The notes below the pieces were generated by a model. That model searched no databases. It saw only the letters and a program-made list of their open reading frames with translations, and had not been told where the DNA came from. A stretch of DNA of 64,000 bases from the human T2T-CHM13v2.0 reference genome, Homo sapiens. Positions within the stretch are counted from its first letter, which is position 1. Each line of letters begins with the position of its first letter. The stretch lies in NCBI RefSeq assembly GCF_009914755.1, contig NC_060934.1; one strand, given 5' to 3'. Of this stretch, positions 27,092 through 42,899 are shown one piece after another. Position numbers and translations under genes: made by a program.

Positions 27092-27398
27092 GGCTGGGGT
27101 GTGGTAGTTCACACCTGTAATTCCAGCATTTTGGGGCGCCGAGGTGAGAGGATCACTTGAGCCACGGATTTTGAGACCAACCTGGGCAATATACGGAGAC
27201 CCATCTCTTAAAAAAAAAAAAAAAAAAAAAAAAAAGCCTGGTGTGGGGTACATGCTGCTGGTCCTAGCTGCTTGGGAGGCTGAGGTGGGAGGATCACTCA
27301 GGCTTGGGAAGTCAAGGCTGCAGCGAGCCATGGTCGTGTCACTGCACTCCAGCCTGGACAACAGATTGAGATTCTGTCTAAACAAACAAACAAAAAAA
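27092..27398 (+). mobile_element. AluJ with the central linker expanded to A26
   Basis: AluJ diagnostics (gtcaaggctgcag). A-run at 27210-27235. Confidence 0.92.
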
Positions 27399-27411
27399 GA
27401 GCTAAAACAAA

Positions 27412-27499
27412 ATTTTTGACTTCATGTTACTCATTTGAATTTCCTATTTGACAACATTTTTGACTTCACATTACTCATTTGAATTTCTTATTTAACAAA
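27412..27499. repeat. 44-bp tandem duplication (2 copies, 5 mismatches)
   Basis: atttttgacttcatgttactcatttgaatttcctatttgacaac / atttttgacttcacattactcatttgaatttcttatttaacaaa. Confidence 0.9.
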
Positions 27500-28574
27500 A
27501 TCCTCTGATTGTATACCTGCAGAACGGAATTAGTTAGAATAGGTTACCAACCAGATAGTGGATGTATTCTTGATTATTCTTGAAATAAACATTCTAAATG
27601 ACCCATGGTGCTAAGTAAATCTACCTCATAAATGGTTCTAAACATTTCTTTTTTTACCAAGTGAAACTTCTGTATGAGATGTATGTAATTATACATGTTT
27701 TAAGAAGCAAAATTACAGGTATAAAACTATCTGGAGACCTGAAAGACTATAGCAGGGCATAGCAGTGTAAACACTATTTCCTCTGTTCTCCCTGATTCCA
27801 CAGCCTTCCATTGCACTTACAGCACAGGTCACATTCTGGCTTGTTTTCTAGGTCTCTTGCTGCCCCTTAGCACTATGCTCAAAGGCCTGCACATAATAAT
27901 TGCTTAATAAACATTTATTATGTGGAACAGGGAGTTATTATCTCTTGGATCACCCCAAACTGAAAAGTAGCAATTTCATCAGCCAGTCTTGGAAGTATAG
28001 GTTAACTGCTTAAAAATTAATCAGAGGTTCATCAACAATATTGACAGCCAATTCCAGAGCCAACATAACAAACACAAAGTCTGTCCTGCTGGACCTCCTG
28101 AAACTATACTAGGAAAAAAGAAAAACCTGCCAAGGCAAATAATCTACGTACGTACTAGAAAAGAAACATCATTATTTCACCTTTTCCCTAAAAATTATTT
28201 TCTAACAAAGTGCTAGCAGCAAACATCTCTTCTACACATTTCACTGAGGGGTGGATATCTCTGAAGCTTGAGGTCATGCATCCCCAGACAGGGAAACAAA
28301 AATATGTGTCACTTTCACTGAGCCCTACAGAGACCTCCCTCAAAAGTCTTCACCATCTGGGAAAAATGACAGGGTCCCAAATGCAGGCAGTGAGTCATAC
28401 TGCTACTTGGATTTTTCAAACAGGACATCTGAAATTCAGGACAAGTTGGGAATTAATTATCAGACTTTGCAGTCCATTAGTACAACTGAATGAACTTTGT
28501 GGAAAGCTTAAAACAGCATGTTGAGATTTCAGCTAGTGAGAAACACTCTTTCTCGGGGCTTAGTTTCCTTTACA

Positions 28575-28900
28575 TCAAGGGCCACAGACTCAAATGCTTA
28601 AAGGAGACTGTAAGAAAACAAAGGAGCAAAGGCCTTGACTAGATGTAGAGTCACAGAATGATAAGGACTGTAGCAAACAAGTCAACCTGCATATATTTAA
28701 AATTCACCTGCTGTCCACTGTTGCCATGTGATGTTGAGGGCCCAGTGTTACCAGATGACCCTATTTTTCAAGAGCCAGAAATCCAAATTTTTATGTTAAA
28801 TCTTCCAATTTTTAAGGGCTGACAGGTAATTTAACATTAAAAAAATACATTGCAGACCAACAAAACATGTCTGTGGGCTGAATCTGATTCCCATATTACC
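28575..28900. mobile_element. MER102-like hAT element
   Basis: ggcccagtgttaccagat...ttttcaagagccagaaatccaaatttttatgttaaatc. Confidence 0.65.
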
Positions 28901-29027
28901 AATTTTATCTATATATATCCTAATGCTGATCCTATAATGAGCCTTAAATGATCAGAAATCTGAACTGCTAGATCCAGCAAATATGCAAATGAAGCTTCAG
29001 GTCATTTGAACATACTTTGTAACTAAG

Positions 29028-29228
29028 ATATGCTGGTAAATGTTTAACAACCAGCTCTCTGAAACTAAAAGCCCTAGTTTATAGCATTTACTAATTTCCA
29101 TCGTATAATCACCCCCGACCATGACCAATTTCAAGCTACCAATGTGATGTCAATAAACACATAATTGGGAAGAGATGCATACATGGACTCTTTTAACCCA
29201 GTAGGTGCTGGCTGTAGCATCCCTCTGC
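29028..29228 (-). mobile_element. MER63A-like hAT element (copy 1)
   Basis: gctggtaaatgtttaacaaccagctctc...tttcaagctaccaatgtgatgtca...ttgggaagagatgca. Confidence 0.75.
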
Positions 29229-30311
29229 TTGTAACTCTCCTTAGCACTTTTGGAGAGTATCAGTTCTGCCAATTCCTAAATTATTAGGTTAAATTTAAGC
29301 CACTCCTCAAACTTAAAAACAACAAAACAAAGCTTGTCCTAAGACTCAAACTCTGTAAATAATGGAAGCTAATCAAAGACTGTATAGATCCTGGCTGTGG
29401 GACTTTAAGCAAGGAAGCTATCACTATTACCTATTTTGCAGATAAAATGCATCACTGTGGGTCAGTGGGTTAAGTTACCTACTCCTGTTCCTAAGACTAA
29501 CAAGTAGGGGAAGAGGTAAAGTAGAGAAAATTTTCCAACTACAACTCTGAAAAACTAGCAATGTTATTTCTAATACCAAAGTTACTTAAGTAAGTAGGGG
29601 TACAGTGGGGTTCTCAAACTTTAAGTGCATCAGAATCACCTGGAGGGTTGGTTAAAATGCAGGCTGCTGGGCCCCAACCCCAGATAGCTTTTTCCACCCT
29701 CCATCAAATGACGAAAGGGGCCATCTATGAGTGGTCAAAGTCTCAAGCAAGAATGAAATTGAGAATGATAGTGTCTACCAAATCTTATGCTCCTGCAATA
29801 TCACAAATCAGTCCTCAGATTAATAATAGGGACCAAGGTAACAGGTGTTCCTAAATGATGCTCTTAGGTTTAGACATTCCACAGATTCATAGGTGTCCTA
29901 CCCGCTCCTGATGCTTTTCCATCATTATATGCTTTTTAAGACTGGTCCCTTGGAGATTTCTGGCATAAGAAAAGCCAATTCTTAAGTCCTCACACATTGA
30001 AAAAAAGTGATGAAAGCAATCAGAAACCTCTTTCTGTTGCCCTAAATTTAATGTCAACCGAATAAGACTGTTGTTATATCCTATTTGTTCAAAGGGTAGG
30101 TAATTTTTTTACTTTTAAAGTAACTAAAAGAGTTACTTCTGACTTCTAATCAATGTTAGCTTTGGACTGGACAAAACTCACAAGTGTCTACATGCATACT
30201 TCCAAGATGTTGCAGGTTGATTTCCAGACCACCTCAGTAAAGTGAATATTGCAATAAAGCAAGTCACATGAGTATTTTGGTTTCTTAGTGCATATAAAAG
30301 TTGTTTACACT

Positions 30312-30950
<639 letters not shown>

Positions 30951-32434
30951 TAGCATTATGTCTAAAAAAAAAAAAAAAGGACATACCTGAATTTTAAAAT
31001 ATATTTATTGCTAAAAAATGCGAATCATCTGAGCCTTCAGATTAGTAATCTTTTTGCTGGTGGAGGGTCTCCCCTCAATGTTGAGAGCTGCTGACTAATC
31101 AAAGCAGGGTTTGCTGAGGGTTGGGGTGGCTGTGGAAAAGTTCTTAAAATAAACAAAAATGAAGTTTGCCGCATTGGTTGACTCTTCTTTTCACAAAAGA
31201 TTTCTCCACAGCATGGAATGCTGTTTCATAGCATTTTACCCACCATAGAACTTCTTTCAAAATTGGAGTCCATCCTCTCAAACTCTGCCACTGCTTTATC
31301 AACTAAGTTTATGTAATATTCTAAATCCTTTGTTGTCATTTCAACAACGTTCACAGCATCTTCACCAGAAGGAGATTCCATCTCAATAAACCATTTTCTT
31401 TGCCCATCCATAAGAGGTAACTCTTCATTCTTTCAAGTTTTATCATGAGATTGTAGCAATTCACTCATATCTTCAGGATCTACTTCTGATTCTAGTTCTC
31501 TGGCTAGTTCTACCATATCTGCGGTTACTTTCTTCACTGACATCTTGAACTCTGTCCATGAGGCTGAAATTCACTTCTTCCAAACTCCTCCTAAAGCTAT
31601 TTTATTCCCCCAACTTGAATCTGAAATGTTCTTAATGGCATCTAGAATAGTGAATCTTTTCCAGAGGTTTCTAATTGATTTTACCCAGATCCATCAAAGG
31701 AATTGTAATCTATGGCAGCTATGGCCTATGAAAAGTATTTCTTTAAAAAAAAAAAGTATTCCTTAAATAATAAAACTAGAAACTTGTAATTATTCCTTGA
31801 TTTATGGGCTGCAGAATGGATATTGTATTAATAGGCATGAAAACATTAATTTCCTTTTACATCTCCATTAGAACTCTTGGGTGACTAGTTGTGTTGTCAA
31901 TGAGCAGTAAAACTTTGAAAAGATTTTTTTTTCTGAGCAGTAGGTCTAAATAGTGGGCTTAAATATTTAGTAAACCATGTTATAAACAGATGTACTATCA
32001 TCCATGCCTTATTGTTACATTCGTAAAGCACAGGTAGAGTAGATGTAGCATAATTCTTAAGGGCCACACGATTTTCAGAATGGTCCATGAGCGTCGGCTT
32101 CAACTTCAAGTCACCGGCTGCATTAGCCCTTAACAAGAGAGTTACCCTGTCCCTTGAAGCTTTGAAGCCAGGCATTGACTTCTGTTCTGTACTATGAAAG
32201 TCTTAGGTGGCCTCTTCTTCCAAAACAATATAAGGCTATTTCATCTATACTGGAAATCTGTTGTTTAATGCATCACCTTCATTAGTGACTTTAACTATAT
32301 TTCCTGATTAGCTTGCTGCAGCTTCTACATTGCACTTAGTACTTTATCTTGCACTTTAATGTTATGGACATGGCTTCTTTCCTTAAACCTCACAAACCAA
32401 CAACCTCTGCTACCTTCCCACTTTTCTTTTCATG

Positions 32435-32770
<336 letters not shown>

Positions 32771-33934
32771 TAGAGAATTGAAGAGTTAGGGCCTTGCTCT
32801 GGATTAGACTTTGGCTTAAGGGAATGTTGTGGCTGGTTTGATCTTTAATCCAGACGACTAAAAGTCTGTATCAGCCATAAATCTGTTTTTCTCTCTTATT
32901 ATTTGTGTGTTCACTGGAGTAGCACTTTTAATTTCCTTCAAGAACTTTTCCTTTGCATTCACAGCTTGGCTAACCATATGGCACAAGAGGCCTAGGCTTT
33001 GGTCTGTCTCGGTTTTCACCATGCCTTTCTCACTAAGCGTAATGATTTCTAGCTTTTGATTTAAAGTGTGGGACATGGGACTCTTCCTTTGACTTGAATA
33101 TTTAGAGGCCAATTAGACCAACAGTAGTACTATTAATTGGCCTAATTTCAATATTGCTGTGTCTCAGGGAATAGGGAGGCCTGAGGTAGGGAGAGAGATG
33201 GGGGGACAGCCTGTCAATGGAGCAGTCAGAACACACAACATTTATCAATTAAGTTTGCCATCTTATATGGGCATAATGTGGTGGGTGCCCCAAAACAATT
33301 ACAATAGTGACATCACTGATCACAGATCACCATAACAGATACAATAATAATTAAAAAGTTTGAAATACAGCAAGAATTACCTACATGTGACACAGAGAAA
33401 TGTGCGTACAAGCCATTGGAAAAGTGGTGCCAATAGACTTGCTCAATGCAGGGTTAACACAAACCTTCAATCTGTAAAAAATGCAATACAACAAGGTATG
33501 CCTGTATTGCAATGAAAAGCTATATGGGCAGAATTAATGACTTTTTAAAAATAAATTTTCTGATGTTAAAAATACCTTGCATTCTTGAGAATACGGTTGT
33601 TGAAGTTAGGAAGTGTGGTTGGGAATAAAAATACTAGAATCTGTACATAAAATATTCTGCTTGGTTACTTAAAACAAAACCCACAGAATATAGACACTGG
33701 GAATAAACACAAAATTCACTGACACCTACAGAGCCATGCAGAGTGCACAGCCATGCAGAGTTCTCCATCTTGAAAGCCACTTTTTAAATGGTGGGAATTC
33801 CTCATTGGCTTATCAACATCTTAGTCTATTTGAAGTTAGGCTAAGTTTTTCTTCTGTGTTCCATTTTGATAACTCATTGATTTTGAAGGCTAGTTTTTGC
33901 CAGTCAAAAATTTGGTTATGACAATGATCCTAAA

Positions 33935-34235
33935 ATTTTTTTTTTTTTTTTTTTGAGGTGGAGTCTGGCCTCGTCGCCCCGGCTGGAGTGCAGTGTCACC
34001 ATCTCAGCTTACTGCAAGCTCCGCCTCCTGGGTTCACGCCATTCTCCTGCCTCAGCCTCCCAAGCAGCTGGGACTACAGGCGCCCGCGACCACGCCCGGC
34101 TGATTTTTTGTATTTTTAGTAGAGGCGGGGTTTCACCGTGTTAGCCAGGATGGTCTCGATCTCCTGACCTCGTGATCCACCCACCTCGGCCCCCCAAAGT
34201 GCTGGGATTACAGGCGTGAGCCACCGCGTCTGGCC
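33935..34235 (-). mobile_element. AluY (CpG-rich, young)
   Basis: gcaagctccgcctcc...ttcacgccattc...cgcccgcgaccacgcccggc. TSD atcctaaaat. Confidence 0.95.
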
Positions 34236-34789
34236 AATCCTAAAATGTTAAAAAAGAAAACAAGAAAGGAAAGAAGGAGGGGAGGGATGGCGGGAAGAAA
34301 AAAAGAAGGAAAGAAAAAGGAGGAACAAAGTGCAGATCTGTTCAACTGAGAGTATTCTACACAGGTCTAATTTAATGATTGTGTCATGGTTTATAGTTCT
34401 TTCTTGTACATTTTAAATGGAATGAAGAATAGTTACATTATCTAAGGATTCAAGTACATATACTATATATTTTTTAAAAATACTATTCAAATATAACAAG
34501 TGCTTACTATTCGGGGTCTGTTGTACATCTTTTACCTAGCCCTAATCGCTCAAATAAATCACACAGATGGATTTTTCAAACTCCTATCTGCAAAGTTGTG
34601 TTATACCAAAAACAGTGATTTTATACAATAACAATAACAGGACTTTATAGGTATGTAGATGTACTTCTGTATGATTTGTCAAATTGTTTTAATACGTACA
34701 GTAGTATATATTGATCCTTTACAATTAAGTTAGCATCTTCGATTTTCTATTCTAGAAATGAGGAGAGCTTGGATTATTAGGACACCAAG

Positions 34790-35400
34790 GGCCTTAGCAC
34801 TCACTGCTCCATCTGCCTAACACACTCTTTCTTTGCATGATTTGCTGTCTTCTTCAGGTCTCTGCTCCAACATTGCCTAGTCACACAAAGACCCTGCCAG
34901 CACTCCCTATCTTCTTTGCCCTGGTTTTTTCCCTCCATTCATAGTAATTATCACCATCTGATATATTCCATATTCACTTTCTTTTTTGAGACAGAGTCTT
35001 ACTCTGTCACCCAGGCTGGAGTGCAATGGCACGATCTCGGCTCACTGTAACCTTGATCTCCTGGGTTCAAGAGATTCTCGTGCCTCAGCCTCCTGAGTAG
35101 CTGGGATTACAGGCGTGCGCCACCTCACCTGGCTTATTTTTGTATTTTTAGTAGAGACAGGGTTACACCATGTTGGCCAGGCTGGTTCAAACCCCTGGCC
35201 TCAAGCAATCCACCCGCCTCAACCTTCCAAAGTGCTGGGATTACAGGTGTGAGCCACTTTCGCCTGACTCTATATTCACTTTTTAAATTGATTATTGATT
35301 GTCTTCCCCCACTAGAATACAAGCTCATGGTGAGCAGGGGATTTATTTTGTTCATAACAGTACTTGGTGCACTGAAAGTGCCTGAGTGAGTGAATGAATG
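34790..35400 (+). mobile_element. L2 3' fragment split by an antisense Alu (34982-35266)
   Basis: cccactagaatacaagctcatg...gtgaatgaatg. Alu TSD atattcacttt. Confidence 0.8.
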
Positions 35401-37339
35401 CTTAGGAAGGAGGATAACACCTATTCATCCTCATAACTTTGGAAAGACTCAGGCACATCACTAACATAACATCAAATGGGCTATAGGAAAAGATCTATCT
35501 GTTTCAATTCTGTCTTCACTTTGGCTGAGACTCAGCCTGGATACAGAAGGCAGTTCATAGACTCTTCTTTCACAGGTGGATGCCCAACCTGGCCAGACTA
35601 TTTAGCAAATGTTACATACTTGCTCCCTACTCCAGTCTATTCATTAGGCTTCAAAAGCCTGTCCAAAGGAGGAAAGGCTTCTTTATCTTGGTTGTAATGA
35701 GATGTGACTTTTCTCAACTTAGAATCTTGAGAAATACACCTGCTCATGGCCAACACATATTGAGTAACTTTCTCCCAGGGTATACATTACCCCAGGGGAG
35801 AGATGGAGGCATTGACAGAGGTTGCATCAATCCTCTGGGTCACCTTGGTTCACTTCAGGCTCTCCAGTGGAAATGGACAGATAGGGCGTCCTTGAGGGAC
35901 CTGAGGAGCTCAGAGCAATGAGAGTGGATCAGCATTTCCTTCTGAATCAGAATTGAGTCCAAGTCCCAGCCCTTACCTAGGTGACACTGCTAGAAGCTTT
36001 TGATCTCTCTGGCAGCTTTAGTTTCTTATCTATGTAGCACAAGAATGCTATACTTTCTCACCTCCAGAGGTCACTTTCAGTTCTGAAGTCTTACTCCCAC
36101 CTCTTTGCAGATGACAAAATGAGGCCCAGAGAAGGGACAGGTCTTGCCTAGTCACCCAGCTGATGAAATGTAGAAACAGGACTGGAGTTCAGGTTCAATG
36201 GTTTTTCCATTATGGACTGAAACTTAGTTCTCAAGCCCATGGATCTCAAACGTCTCAGTTTTAAAACTCTTTGATCATGAGCCTCTTTGGTGAGAAAAGG
36301 ATTCTGTGGGTCATTTAAGTAAGTGGCAAGTCAAACTCTACTGCTGGGTAATAGGAGGGGACATAGAAGAAAAAAAAAACAAAAACTGAAGATAATTAGT
36401 CTCACTTAGGATACTATTCTAGGACTCTGTTGTCTGCCCTTACAGAAACTTACTATAATCAATGAGGTAAATGGGGTTACTTCTGATGGCACAAGTAAAA
36501 TTTGCATTTATAGCTTTATTAAATACCATGAATGTGCACTGATTGATTAATGTATTCATTAATGACAGACTTTATAGCAAGACTGGATTATGTTAGTTCT
36601 GCACAAAATGGCAGTAATTTGTACTACAGGCTTTGAGAATACGTATTTTATGACTTACCTCACTATATGTTCAACTTTCTAGTAAAACTAATCCTAAAAT
36701 CTCCCAACCCTTCCTTCTTCCATGTTCAATCACTTTTGTTTATCTAGCTTCCCTTCCTTTCCAAGATATATCTACATCTATTGTTTCACTTTCTTCTCAC
36801 TTTATAAAATGAAGACTACACAGTACAGAGATTATTATATTGACTGTAGAAAATGAAGAAATTGGAATGCACAGATGTTAAGGGAATGCTAAAAAAAAAG
36901 AGAGAAACATTGGACTGCATGTTACTTATCCGTATCTTCCATTTAGCTTCATTTGTTAAATCTAAATGAGCAACGTACAGTTTGTATGTACTGCCAGTCA
37001 GGATACAGCATTATCCTTACTATATAAAATTATACTCCCTAAATGGTATTCATTAATGAAGGAATTCACTGATAAGTAATATTACAGATTTCATTTTTGT
37101 TTGTGAGCAAAACTTCTGAATGGCATTCATATGCTGAAAAAAGGCACTTGAGAGCAAATGGGTAGACAGAAGTAATCATTTTTGGTAGGATTCATAGAAG
37201 CCTTCCCATGGGTCTCTGTTTATATATGCATAAAGTTGGCATCACGATTATATAGTAAAAGTCTGTGGTCAATTCTAACTGAAATACTTCAGAAGGGATT
37301 TTAGCATCTTGTCTTTAGCGTATTACCCAGCAATAATTG

Positions 37340-37530
37340 TAATTGAAATGATGATGATAACTATATTGAGCACTTACTAAGTGCCAGGTACATATTATCT
37401 CATTTAATCCTACATGTAACAACCCTATGAGGTAGAAGCTGTTTTTATTCTTGTATAGGTGAGAAAACTGAGGCACAGAGCGGTGACATAAGCTTGTCCA
37501 GAGTCCCAAGGCTAGTAGTATGGTTCTTCG
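37340..37530 (-). mobile_element. MIR directly downstream of the exon 2 donor
   Basis: tattgagcacttactaagtgccagg...gaaaactgaggcacagag. Confidence 0.8.
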
Positions 37531-37598
37531 GTATGAGTGGCCATGATTATGGACATGTGAGAGGTTTTGATGTTTTAACAAAGACAAACCAGACCTAC

Positions 37599-37951
37599 CA
37601 TTCTGAAGTCCTCTTCGAATTTGAAAGCCCCGCCTCCTGTGGCACAGAGGGTGGTGTGAAGGCTAGAGAAGTTCTTCTCGCTGCCCATCTGAATGAACCT
37701 GTGCATAGCACAGCTGGGAAAGCGGATGAAGTGCAGGTTCCCTTTGCGTCCACACATGGTCAGGTTTTTCAGTTCCAGGTGGACGTCTCGGATCCCAGTT
37801 TTCCCATAAGCAGTATTAGAAGTCAAATACTTCCGGATGCTCTTCAGGTTCTCCACTTCCTCTTGCTCCTCTTCGGCTGTAATATCCTTCGGCTCGAAAT
37901 ACACCAATTTAACCAGCGTTCCACCGATGTCCATGCCAAACCATGGGAATG
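37599..37951 (-). CDS. PANK1: PANK1 coding exon 2 (353 nt; starts in phase 1, ends in phase 0)
   Basis: Translates (x)[117 protein letters not shown], with the type II pantothenate kinase DIGGT ATP-binding motif and the TGGGA motif. Acceptor ctttctgtcctttag|CA, donor ATG|gtaggt. Confidence 0.98.
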
Positions 37952-38659
37952 CTAAAGGACAGAAAGAAAGAGTGCTGCTGAATGCTATGTGTGCAAAGAA
38001 GTGTTCAGTTTTTGAATATTAAATAAGCAAAAGCAGTGGTATCATATCTACATGTGCATTTAACATTCAATTTATTTGAATTCAACTATACGTGCCTAAA
38101 AGGCGGCACAGACAGAGAAAATTTTACAATCAAAAGAGTGCCCAAGGCTCTGCTCACACACCACTGCACTCCACTCAGAATTGAGTGAGATGAGAAATAG
38201 GATTCTGCAGTTCCCTAAGGCAGTCTCAATTCCTGTGTGCTTCCTAGGGCTCAAGTATCTCACCAAGCTGAGTGTTATACTAATATTTAAAGATAGATAT
38301 ATATATTTTTGCATACATCCTGGATCCCAATTGCTAACTATTTTTGTCAGAATCTTTACCAAAGAAACGGATCTGCTTCAATCCTAGAGGAAAAACTGAC
38401 CATGCTGGGTGTACCAAGAGATGGTATGTCGGTCTCTAACCTAGAGCGCAATTCAATGATTCCATTTTTGCTTTATGAACTGACTTTAGAAGATGTGATT
38501 CCACTGTTTTAATCTATACAGTGTATAGAAAGGGGAAAGAGAGAGGAAGTAGACTATGAGAGATGATGAGCAGACATGAAATTCTAAAAAGAACAACTCG
38601 CATTATATCTAATTTATTTCTGCATTAAACAGAGACATCCTCTCTATTCCAAATAGCCT

Positions 38660-38830
38660 GCTCAGAAGTTCTCAATCCGGCTGCCTTTTAGAATCAGCTG
38701 AGAAGCTTTTAATATTCAATTTCTGGCCTCCTCTCGCACATATTCTGTTTAATTCAGGCATGGCATCCAGACATGAATATCTTTTAAAAGTTCCCTAGTG
38801 GTTGCAATCTGCAGGCTTGGAAACTACTAA
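38660..38830. mobile_element. MER5A-like
   Basis: gttctcaatccggctgc...agaatcagctg...ttggaaactact. Confidence 0.65.
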
Positions 38831-40099
38831 ACCAGAGGAACCATGGCCAGGTCTGAAACACAAAGGCATGCCTCTAGGTGAAAGTATACTTAATGTGCTT
38901 GTGATGCTTATCTATGACAAAATGAATCTCCATCATGATGATTTTTTTAGTTATATAAGCTCTTTATTGTTAAGAGCTGACAAGAGCAGAGGTGAGCTAC
39001 CTAAACAGTCTGACTTTATTTAGAGACAGCCTGGAAAGTTAATGCCATGCTGTCAAATGCTCTGCAATGAACACAGAGCAAACCCAAATGGGAACCCAAA
39101 GGTTAGAGTCTTCCTTTTTATTTCCCTCACAGAATCCATTGGCAAAACCCAAAACTGTAATATTAAAACTGAATTTAAAGACTCAGGGTGCAAAAATGGC
39201 TTCCTTCCAAGTTTCTTTTATTTCAGCCCTAGAGAACATCAATATGAACCCTTGTCAAATTGTCCACACTGCCAGAAACATCAGTGGGCCCTGCAGAAGG
39301 TCTTTTTTCTAGGCACCCCTACTAGTACTTAGCTTTCAATTCAGGAGGGCTGAGGGAGGAGTGCCTAGCAGGAAACCATTTCTGTAAACAAAATCTTCTT
39401 TCCTCTGCCTCACTATTGTTATTTTGGTTATGACCCAAGATAGCTGCTTCTCACTTGTTGAGCAGGAACTCTAGCATTATAGAAATAAAATTCCAGGCCC
39501 TCAAAAGATTAAGAGCAACAAATTTCACTGACAAGACCAAGTTAACAAATGTCTTGTTTTCTTTGCAGACGTTTACAAAGCAAATTCTGCAACCAGTGTA
39601 GGTTGGGAAACTCGCTTGTCCTAGCAGGAGATGAAAAAACTGGAAACTGGTCATCCCCATTTGTTGATTCAGATCACAGATGAAGTCTGTTGGTTTATTC
39701 TCTAAAACTCACTGTCAGCATGGGCCACAGTGTAGGAGCAGCATGTTGTAATAGGTAAAGCCCCAGACTAGGATTCGGAACATCTGCTTCCCTGAAGCAG
39801 CAGACAGTAAGTAGCTCACTGTAGCTCCTTCTACCTCTTTGGATTTTAATTTCCTTATCTGTAAAAGGAATGGGTTGCATTAAAATTATCTCGAATTTCT
39901 TCCCTACTATCAACTTTCCATGAATTCCTTAAGAAATACAAAAGAAAAATTGCAAGTAACCCCAATCATAAAGTCTGACCAGAGTCTTTTTCGGTGGAGT
40001 TTTAAACTCCCTGGAAATATACTATGGCATGTTAACAAGTGCCTGGGCTATGCAACCAGTGCTGCAGTTGCCATCCATTCTCATCAGAGCGGCGAAGAT

Positions 40100-41070
<971 letters not shown>

Positions 41071-41494
41071 TACATAATAATGGAAAATAGGAGATACTTC
41101 CGCACAACAAGACCCAAACAAGCTACGTAAACCACAGAAAACAATCTAGTTCTGTACCAGAAATGCAGAATTCACCCAGGTACAGCTGCTATCAGATTTC
41201 TGGAAGGAAGAGCCTGCACATAACCTTTTATGTGGTTGGATGTTGGTAAATACAGGTAACTGAAAAGAGGTCTCACTTTTAAAAACACTGTAGGTGACGC
41301 CTGAAGATTTTTTGTTATTCAGAACCCTGGTTCCTTCCTCCTGCTTCATCTCCTGCTCTTTCTGAAGCCATTTCAAAGTTTTTCTTGGCAACTCAACAGA
41401 ACAATTGGAAAAAGTATAGAGTTTTGAAATTTCAGCTAAATGTTATATCATTAGTTTGGGTTAAGGTAGGAGAGATAAGAATTATCTTATCTCT

Positions 41495-41569
41495 GGGGTT
41501 TCACCACGTTGCCCAAGCTGGTCTCGAACTCCTGGACTCAAGTGATCCACCCACCTCAGCTTCTCAAAG
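41495..41569 (-). mobile_element. Isolated internal Alu left-arm fragment
   Basis: ggggtttcaccacgttgcccaagctggtctcgaactcctggactcaagtgatccacccacctcagcttctcaaag. Confidence 0.85.
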
Positions 41570-42392
41570 GAACTACAGTATTAGTTTAAGTGGCAAAAGA
41601 AATTGGCTTTTCTTTACCTATGTTTATATCTTACCTCCATGAAAAATCTAATGCTCTTCTAGTCACATTTATTGCTTTTTCAGTACACTGTCTTATATTA
41701 AATGTACAATTTTATTCATCTTCCTGATATCAAGATCTGCCTAAACCTAAGCTTCCCATGCACAAGCTGTGGATGGAGACAGAAGAGAAGGGGAAGGAAG
41801 AACATCCTAGTGCAGCTATGATCCATGACTCATGTTTTCTTTACTCCAGGATACCCAGATGCTTTGATCAATTCAGTTGAACTACTAATAAGAGCTTATT
41901 CTGTGTTTGCCAAGAGGAGTGATGTTGGTTTTAGGTACAGGAAGTCTGTATTCACCCCTTACTCCTCCTTAAACCAGATGTCATTTTAAAATATTTCTAG
42001 AGTATTCATCAACAACGTACAGCAGGAAACCAGGCTCAAACTTCACAGGAAGACTTTTGCAAACAAATAAACTGACCCACTCATTCAAAATGGTTTTCAC
42101 TCTGGTGAAACTGATGTTCATAAAACCAAGTGCTACAGATAAAATGGCTGTACATCCATCTTTGAGCAACAAGTTTTAAAGAATAAAAGGAATTCCTAGA
42201 TAAATTTCTATACATTGCATGAGGAGACATACACAAAAATGTTCACTGCAGTGATTTGTAATAATAAAAAATGGTAACAAACTAGATGTTCATCCATATG
42301 TAAATAAAATATGACAGATTTATATGATAGAATGCTACACAGTTATGAGAATCAATTATATTTATATGCCTCAGAAGGCATTTTAGAGCTGT

Positions 42393-42837
<445 letters not shown>

Positions 42838-42899
42838 TTACTGGATAGGAACTGAAAAACAATGTTGAAGGAAAACTTTAGGGTTGAAAAAGGTGATAG

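Noticed and set aside
37575-37598. ORF-track extension VGLVCLC* after exon 2
   Set aside because: Read-through past the canonical ATG|gtaggt donor into the intron.
37494-37955. 153-aa plus-strand ORF
   Set aside because: Antisense shadow of PANK1 exon 2, with a non-ATG start inside a MIR and no independent support.
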